Assembly: GCA_040880545.1 (NCBI GenBank)
Contig: JBBDIE010000175.1
Coordinates: forward strand, 6,569-70,568
Reading direction: 5' to 3'
DNA: 64,000 nt
From: Bacteroidales bacterium
GTDB taxonomy: Bacteria; Bacteroidota; Bacteroidia; Bacteroidales; GCA-2748055
In this document: one piece after another, positions 58,982 to 64,000 of the stretch
How the letters are laid out: every line of letters begins with the position of its first letter
Position numbering within the stretch: the stretch's first letter is position 1
Translations under genes and position numbers: made by a program
The notes under the pieces: model-generated
Databases searched by the model: none
Told to the model about the DNA's origin: nothing
What the model saw: the letters and a program-made list of their open reading frames with translations, nothing else

Positions 58982-61900
58982 TTAGAAACTCAAATTAATT
59001 CCGCCGGTGTATAACCGTGGAATAGGATAGCTGGTTCCATTGGTATTCCCAGCAGGGTCGAACATTGTAACTTTTGACACAGAAAACAGGTTACTACCGT
59101 TTACAAAAAGCCGCAAACTCTGCAATCCCAGCCTGTTTATAATTGATTGTGGCAGGGTAAAGCCAAGTTGGATCGACCTTAGTCGTAAGAAACTACCATC
59201 TTCCAACCAGAAATCACTGGTAACTTTGTTATTTTGAAAATTGGAATTTGATAAACTGGGATAAGTTGCATTTTGCTCATTTCCTGGTTGCCAGCGATCA
59301 AGGTGCCATTCATTCACTGAACCTTTTCCGTTATTTATGGCATACGCCAGATCGCCAGAGTAGCGAACCGTTCGGTTGGCTACGCCTGAAAATTGAAAAT
59401 TAAAATCAAAGGATTTGAATTCAAAACCTCCTGAAAAGCCATACCAGAGTTCAGGAAAATCTCCATGCCCTAAATAGGAAATATCTCTTTCATCAATAAT
59501 ATTATCGTTGTTCAGATCCTTATATTTTAGGGAGCCGGGAATAACAGAACCGATGGAAGATTGATCAGACAGTGCACTGAAATCATCGTTCTCTGTAAAA
59601 AAACGATCAAAACTGTAGCCGTATCTTGATCCAATTGGATTGCCGGTCCTATAGAGCCATTCATATTCACGTGCCTCTTCGTTTTGAGCTATAATTTCAT
59701 TACGTGCATACGTACCGTTGGCTGAGAGATAAAAACTCATATCAGAACCAATCTGCTGATTCCAGGAGAACATACCTTCTACTCCACTATTAACAACGAT
59801 CCCGTCAGGATATAAATATTCCATTCCAAGGATTCCGGGTGTACCTCCCACAAGAATATCATCCGTTCTTTCAAAGAAATAATCTGCAGAAAAAATTAAT
59901 CTGGCATCAAAAAATGATGCATCCAAACCAATATCATATTTCTTGGTTTTGGACCAGGTTATCATGTCATTGGCACCTGCAACTTCACCAAAGCGGGGAA
60001 CGGAAGTACCCAGATCTGGCCCTAACTGGTAGCTTCCACTCTGTTCGAATCTTCCTATATATGCAAAATAGGCAGAACTGGTAAAGGAATCAAAATCATT
60101 TCCATTAATGCCGGCGGAACTTCTTAATTTTAAATAACTAATGAAGTCCGTATTATCCATGAAGGCCTCATTTGAAATAACCCAGCCCAATGATAGTGCA
60201 GGAAAAAGTCCATATCGATTATCCGGTGGAAATTGCTCTGATCCCTGGAATGAAAATGCGAATGTTGCAAAATAGGTTGACCCCAGGCCATAATCCAATC
60301 GACCTTTAAATCCTTGGTACCAGTGCGGAATACGTGCCACGCTTCTCTCAACCATTCTCCTTTCTGCTAAGAGTTTACCGTCAAGTGTAGATTCACCAAA
60401 AGTTGTAGTGTAACTTAATCCAACTTCAGATTCAAAATAGCGGTTGACATTCTCGGTTGTGCTGCGATTAAGCATCTCAGTATCATCGCCAATTTTATTT
60501 AGTGTAGCTAAACCTTCCTGATATTCATAAACGGCAAATGATTTTGAACGGTCAATTATATTGTCTCCAAAGGTGTTATATCCAAAGGAACCTATAACTG
60601 ATAAGCCTTCTACAAAATCCAGATCATAAGTAAAATCAATAAATCCAGATAAATAATACCTTTCCCAGAAAGAATATCCAGCTCTGTTTAACTGACCATA
60701 GAAATTATTCCGGTAATCCGCAGTCCCACCCAGCGAATCTTCAACTGCGAAAGTGGGGTAGGCATTTGGCGGAGTAGCCAACATCTGATTAAGATAGGTC
60801 GATACTCCGTTGCTGCTATAACTGCCAGGCTGTGTACGTTTATCCTTTTTTGCTTTTATATCAACATTTACATTTAGTTTATTGGTTACCTGTATTCCGA
60901 TATTACCATGAAGATTGATGGCATTTAATTCCGTATTTGTATTGTATGCATTTTCAGCTTCGATTGTATTCATTAATCCATCATTGTAGAGATGTCCCAG
61001 TGAAAATATATAGTTTGCATTTTTTCCACCTCCGGAAATATTCAGGTTATTCCTGGTCTGCATAAATGAATCATCGAAATAATCGCTGATGTAGTTATTG
61101 TTTGGATGACTGAGGGGACTACTTCCATTTCTGAAAGTTTCAATATCTCCGGAAGAATATAAGGGTGGCTGTCCATCATTTATTAATGCTTCATTGTATA
61201 ATTCGGCATAGGTACCGGCACCCAATGTTTGCGGAAATTTAGCTGAATTAGAAATCGAAGTTTGTGAATTCAGGTTCACTTTTAAATCTCCTTCTCGTCC
61301 TCTTTTAGTATTGACCAGAATTACACCATTGCCTCCTCTTAATCCATACATGGCTGTTGATGCAGCATCTTTCAGAACAGTTATGCTTTCAATATCATAG
61401 GGATTCAAGAGGGTAATATCTGCTTCATGCCCGTCCACCAAAATTGTGGCGCCGCTTCTAAGCTCTCCAAATGTATTTCTGCCCCGGATACTTATGGTAA
61501 CATCTTCCTTACCTGGTTGTCCATCCGATTGCATGACTAGTAAACCAGGCAGACGACCCTCAAGAGTGGTCAGTCGATTTGTTCCGGGTAAATCCTCAAT
61601 TTCGCTGCCTGATATATAAGATACTGCCTCGCTGATTTCATTAGCTTCTTTGACCATATTTAGTAAGATCACTTCGTCAGTTGCCGCTGAAATTAACACA
61701 ACACTATCCTGTTTTAATGTTTCAGGGTTGATGGAAATTGAATTATAGCCAGATTTACTAATGGTAAGCAAATCACCGCATAATTCAGAATTGATTTCAA
61801 ATTTTCCGTTGGCATCGGTTACAGCATGCTTATCACAATATGTAATCTGCGCATTTTCAATGAGTTGGTGGTTTTCGTCGATAACAACGCCACCTATTTG

Positions 61901-61987
61901 ATTACCAATTGCATTAGCTTTACAAGTAACTGTCAAAATGACAAGCCAGATAAAATTAAGTGCGAATTTAGTCTTAAGTTTTTTCAT
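58982..61987 (-). CDS. susC: SusC/RagA family TonB-dependent transporter (pair 2)
   Basis: 1001 aa. IGGVVIDENHQLIENAQITY, plug region (SIRGRNTFG, VLKDAASTAMYGLRGGNGVILVNTKRG), C-terminal ...GGINLSF. Confidence 0.93.
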   Translation of the reverse strand: MKKLKTKFALNFIWLVILTVTCKANAIGNQIGGVVIDENHQLIENAQITYCDKHAVTDANGKFEINSELCGDLLTISKSGYNSISINPETLKQDSVVLISAATDEVILLNMVKEANEISEAVSYISGSEIEDLPGTNRLTTLEGRLPGLLVMQSDGQPGKEDVTISIRGRNTFGELRSGATILVDGHEADITLLNPYDIESITVLKDAASTAMYGLRGGNGVILVNTKRGREGDLKVNLNSQTSISNSAKFPQTLGAGTYAELYNEALINDGQPPLYSSGDIETFRNGSSPLSHPNNNYISDYFDDSFMQTRNNLNISGGGKNANYIFSLGHLYNDGLMNTIEAENAYNTNTELNAINLHGNIGIQVTNKLNVNVDIKAKKDKRTQPGSYSSNGVSTYLNQMLATPPNAYPTFAVEDSLGGTADYRNNFYGQLNRAGYSFWERYYLSGFIDFTYDLDFVEGLSVIGSFGYNTFGDNIIDRSKSFAVYEYQEGLATLNKIGDDTEMLNRSTTENVNRYFESEVGLSYTTTFGESTLDGKLLAERRMVERSVARIPHWYQGFKGRLDYGLGSTYFATFAFSFQGSEQFPPDNRYGLFPALSLGWVISNEAFMDNTDFISYLKLRSSAGINGNDFDSFTSSAYFAYIGRFEQSGSYQLGPDLGTSVPRFGEVAGANDMITWSKTKKYDIGLDASFFDARLIFSADYFFERTDDILVGGTPGILGMEYLYPDGIVVNSGVEGMFSWNQQIGSDMSFYLSANGTYARNEIIAQNEEAREYEWLYRTGNPIGSRYGYSFDRFFTENDDFSALSDQSSIGSVIPGSLKYKDLNNDNIIDERDISYLGHGDFPELWYGFSGGFEFKSFDFNFQFSGVANRTVRYSGDLAYAINNGKGSVNEWHLDRWQPGNEQNATYPSLSNSNFQNNKVTSDFWLEDGSFLRLRSIQLGFTLPQSIINRLGLQSLRLFVNGSNLFSVSKVTMFDPAGNTNGTSYPIPRLYTGGINLSF

Positions 61988-62061
61988 AGATTTAAGGTTT
62001 ACTAGATGACTTCCCTAATTGTAGTAGTTCAAATTATTGATGGTCAATAACTATTTCAGCG

Positions 62062-62090
62062 AAAACATTCAATATATAATTGAATGTTTT
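62062..62090. promoter_or_regulatory. 29-bp inverted repeat upstream of susC (pair 2)
   Basis: aaaacattcaat-atata-attgaatgtttt (12-bp arms), 75-100 bp upstream of the SusC ATG at 61987. Confidence 0.35.
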
Positions 62091-62523
62091 GGACCGAATA
62101 GCAAAATTTATTTTTTTTAAAATGATTTCATATTTATTACCATTTATTTCCTCCCCCTGGTGAATATGATTGATGCAATTTATCGCTAAATCTCATTAAT
62201 TCTTATAGAAATACAGTGAACCTGCTATCTAATGTATTTGACCTGATTTGGTAAACGGAATCGAAAAAAGTTGGGAATTAACTTATGATCAGAAAAATTT
62301 ATATACTCTTCTTGATAATTTCTATTTTGGGCTACCCCAATCAGAATTTATATAACAGATAGGTATAATTCATGTAAATTTTCAAGTTTTAGGATTTAAA
62401 AATTTCAAAGAACGATAAATTTTGTTGGTGAGAGCAGACGATTGTTTACATCTGTTAAATTAATTCTCATCCAAATATCGAGAAACTTTATTTAAATACA
62501 AATCGCTGATTTATTGTAATATA

Positions 62524-62580
62524 CCGCAAAGCTTTCCGCAAAGCTTTGCGTTAATAAAAACATGTTGAAAAACATAAAAA
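62524..62580. promoter_or_regulatory. Conserved bipartite palindromic element, copy 3 (in the susC / lacI-family divergent region)
   Basis: ccgCAAAGCTTTccgCAAAGCTTTGcg (62524-62550). 10 nt later comes atgtt-gaaa-aacat (62562-62575). About 215 bp upstream of the regulator ATG and about 540 bp upstream of susC. Confidence 0.5.
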
Positions 62581-62761
62581 AGAGGATAACTATAATTATA
62601 AGTTGATTTTTTCACTTTTTTTATTAAAATCTTCAAGCGATTCAAAATTTATATTTTATTTGGAAGATCTATTTATTTGTCCGTCAGATTTTCATAAGAT
62701 GACTCCACTTGCCAATACGGGAATTCTTTGTTATACCTGCAAGGTCATATCTAAAAATTAC

Positions 62762-62769
62762 TAAATTTG
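62762..62769 (+). promoter_or_regulatory. Possible Bacteroidota -7 promoter box (TAnnTTTG) for the LacI-family gene
   Basis: TAAATTTG lies 24 nt upstream of the ATG at 62793. No well-spaced -33 TTTG is present, so this is weak. Confidence 0.3.
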
Positions 62770-62792
62770 TTGAGAACTTATGGATTAGCTAT

Positions 62793-63818
62793 ATGGGGAA
62801 GAGACATGTTTCATTAAAGGATATGGCAAGTGAATTGGGAGTATCAATTTCTACGGTTTCCAGAGCACTAAAAAATCATCCGGACATTAGTCCTGAACTT
62901 TCAGCGAGGATTCAAAAACTTGCTATTGAAAGAAATTACTCTCCAAACCCCTTGGCAATGGGTCTGCTCAGGCAGCAAACCAAAATGATAGGTATTATAG
63001 TTCCCGATATTGTCACTCATTTTTTTGCATCAATTATTGCAGGGATAGAATCGGTAGCTGCTGAAAAGGGATATTACATTGTCATTGCTTCTTCTAACGA
63101 ATCATATCAAAAGGAGGTTGAATCAGTTAAAAACCTGCTAAAAACCCGGGTTGAAGGTTTAATAGTATGCCTGAGCCAAGAGACAAAAGAATTCGGTCAT
63201 TTTGAAAGCTTAATAAACAATGAAATGCCGTTGGTATTTTTTGACAGAATATGTGAATCATTAGAGACCCCCTCTGTTACAGTTGATGGAGTAGAAGCGG
63301 TTAGGAACATAATACGCCATTTTAAAGAAAATGGATGCAAACGCATAGCCTATATTTCAGGACCAAGTTACCTGAATATATCAAAAAACAGGAAAGAAGG
63401 ATACCTTAAGGGTTTGAAGGAAAGTGGACTTAAATTCTACCCTGAGATGCTTGTACAATGTGATTTAAGTGCGAAAGATGCTACTTTAGCTACCCGTAAA
63501 CTATTAAATTCACAGGCTAAGCCAGATGCCATTTTTGGGATAAATGATACTGTAGCATTCGCCGCCATGAAGGAAATAAAAAAACATGGATTGAAAATTC
63601 CCGATGATATTGCCTTGATAGGTTTCACTGACGAGTTTCATTCCACGGTTGTGGATCCTGCATTAACCTCGGTCACACACCCGACCATTCAGATGGGTGA
63701 GGAATCGGCCCGACTTTTCTTTAAATGGATTGAAATAGGTACTTCCTTTACCGAACGGGTTGTATTACCAACCGAGTTGGTTATTAGAGAGTCATCTGTA
63801 AAGTCAACACCTTCATAA
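62793..63818 (+). CDS. LacI/PurR family transcriptional regulator
   Basis: HTH: VSLKDMASELGVSISTVSRALKNHPDISPELSARIQKLAIERNYSPNPLAMGL. Periplasmic-binding-protein-like sugar-binding core (IGIIVPDI..., VEGLIV, IAYISGP, PDAIFGINDTVA, IPDDIALIGFTD). ATG at 62793 preferred over the TTG at 62709. Confidence 0.9.
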   Translation: MGKRHVSLKDMASELGVSISTVSRALKNHPDISPELSARIQKLAIERNYSPNPLAMGLLRQQTKMIGIIVPDIVTHFFASIIAGIESVAAEKGYYIVIASSNESYQKEVESVKNLLKTRVEGLIVCLSQETKEFGHFESLINNEMPLVFFDRICESLETPSVTVDGVEAVRNIIRHFKENGCKRIAYISGPSYLNISKNRKEGYLKGLKESGLKFYPEMLVQCDLSAKDATLATRKLLNSQAKPDAIFGINDTVAFAAMKEIKKHGLKIPDDIALIGFTDEFHSTVVDPALTSVTHPTIQMGEESARLFFKWIEIGTSFTERVVLPTELVIRESSVKSTPS

Positions 63819-64000
63819 TTGTTAATTCAGAAATAATAATTTTTGGGTGAAGGATCAATACAATATTATCCATGTATTTGACATCAACCCTGATATATTC
63901 AAATATAATTTTTTTTGATACTCATTTTCATTCAGAATCTGATAATATCACGTAATTTATTGGAATTCGGCCACTTAATTGCCGATTGCAAATGAACCAA

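Noticed and set aside
1-64000. CRISPR arrays, rRNA genes, transposases/integrases, prophage genes, toxin-antitoxin or defence systems
   Set aside because: I looked for regularly spaced direct repeats, DDE/tyrosine-recombinase-like ORFs and small paired ORFs, and found none. The only repeats are the 81-nt coding duplication, the Ser-codon repeats and the three regulatory-element copies.

Overview
The window looks like a Bacteroidota chromosome segment. The evidence is SusC/SusD pairs, a T9SS C-terminal sorting domain, lipoprotein signal peptides and dapB-lepB-lepB-wbqC synteny. It appears AT-rich by eye.

Bases 1-15.7 kb are mostly housekeeping:
- a 5'-truncated Ser-rich repeat protein followed by a beta-barrel outer membrane protein
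- the wbqC/lepB/lepB/dapB block
- the classical thrS-infC-rpmI-rplT operon
- a YgiQ radical-SAM protein, a DPP-IV peptidase and a PKD lipoprotein
- tRNA-Leu(CAG)

From 15.7 kb to 62.0 kb, 28 consecutive genes lie on the minus strand. They form two parts.

(i) A large sulfatase-rich polysaccharide utilization locus. It carries two SusC/SusD pairs, eight Cys-type S1 sulfatases and two of the window's three GH29 alpha-L-fucosidases. It also has three parallel beta-helix proteins (one T9SS-sorted), two tandem GH10-like barrels, a DUF1593 protein, a signal-peptide-bearing RraA-like protein and a purple-acid-phosphatase-like esterase.

(ii) A six-gene sugar module at its distal end: GDP-mannose 3,5-epimerase, an HxGH nucleotidyltransferase::GHMP kinase fusion, a mutarotase, a GH29, ManC and FucP.

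A divergent LacI-family regulator sits at 62.8-63.8 kb. The predicted substrate class is a fucose-containing sulfated glycan (fucoidan-like). This is an inference from gene content.

The most interesting points:
- the nucleotide-sugar module, which may be a route for L-fucose or L-galactose
- the GH10-like paralogues, where His occupies the canonical acid/base Glu position
- a conserved bipartite palindromic element present three times in front of the operons, resembling a PurR-type LacI-family operator
- a TCATGA-rich structured leader upstream of thrS

I saw no CRISPR array, transposase, integrase or rRNA. All family assignments come from motif recognition by eye. No searches were run.
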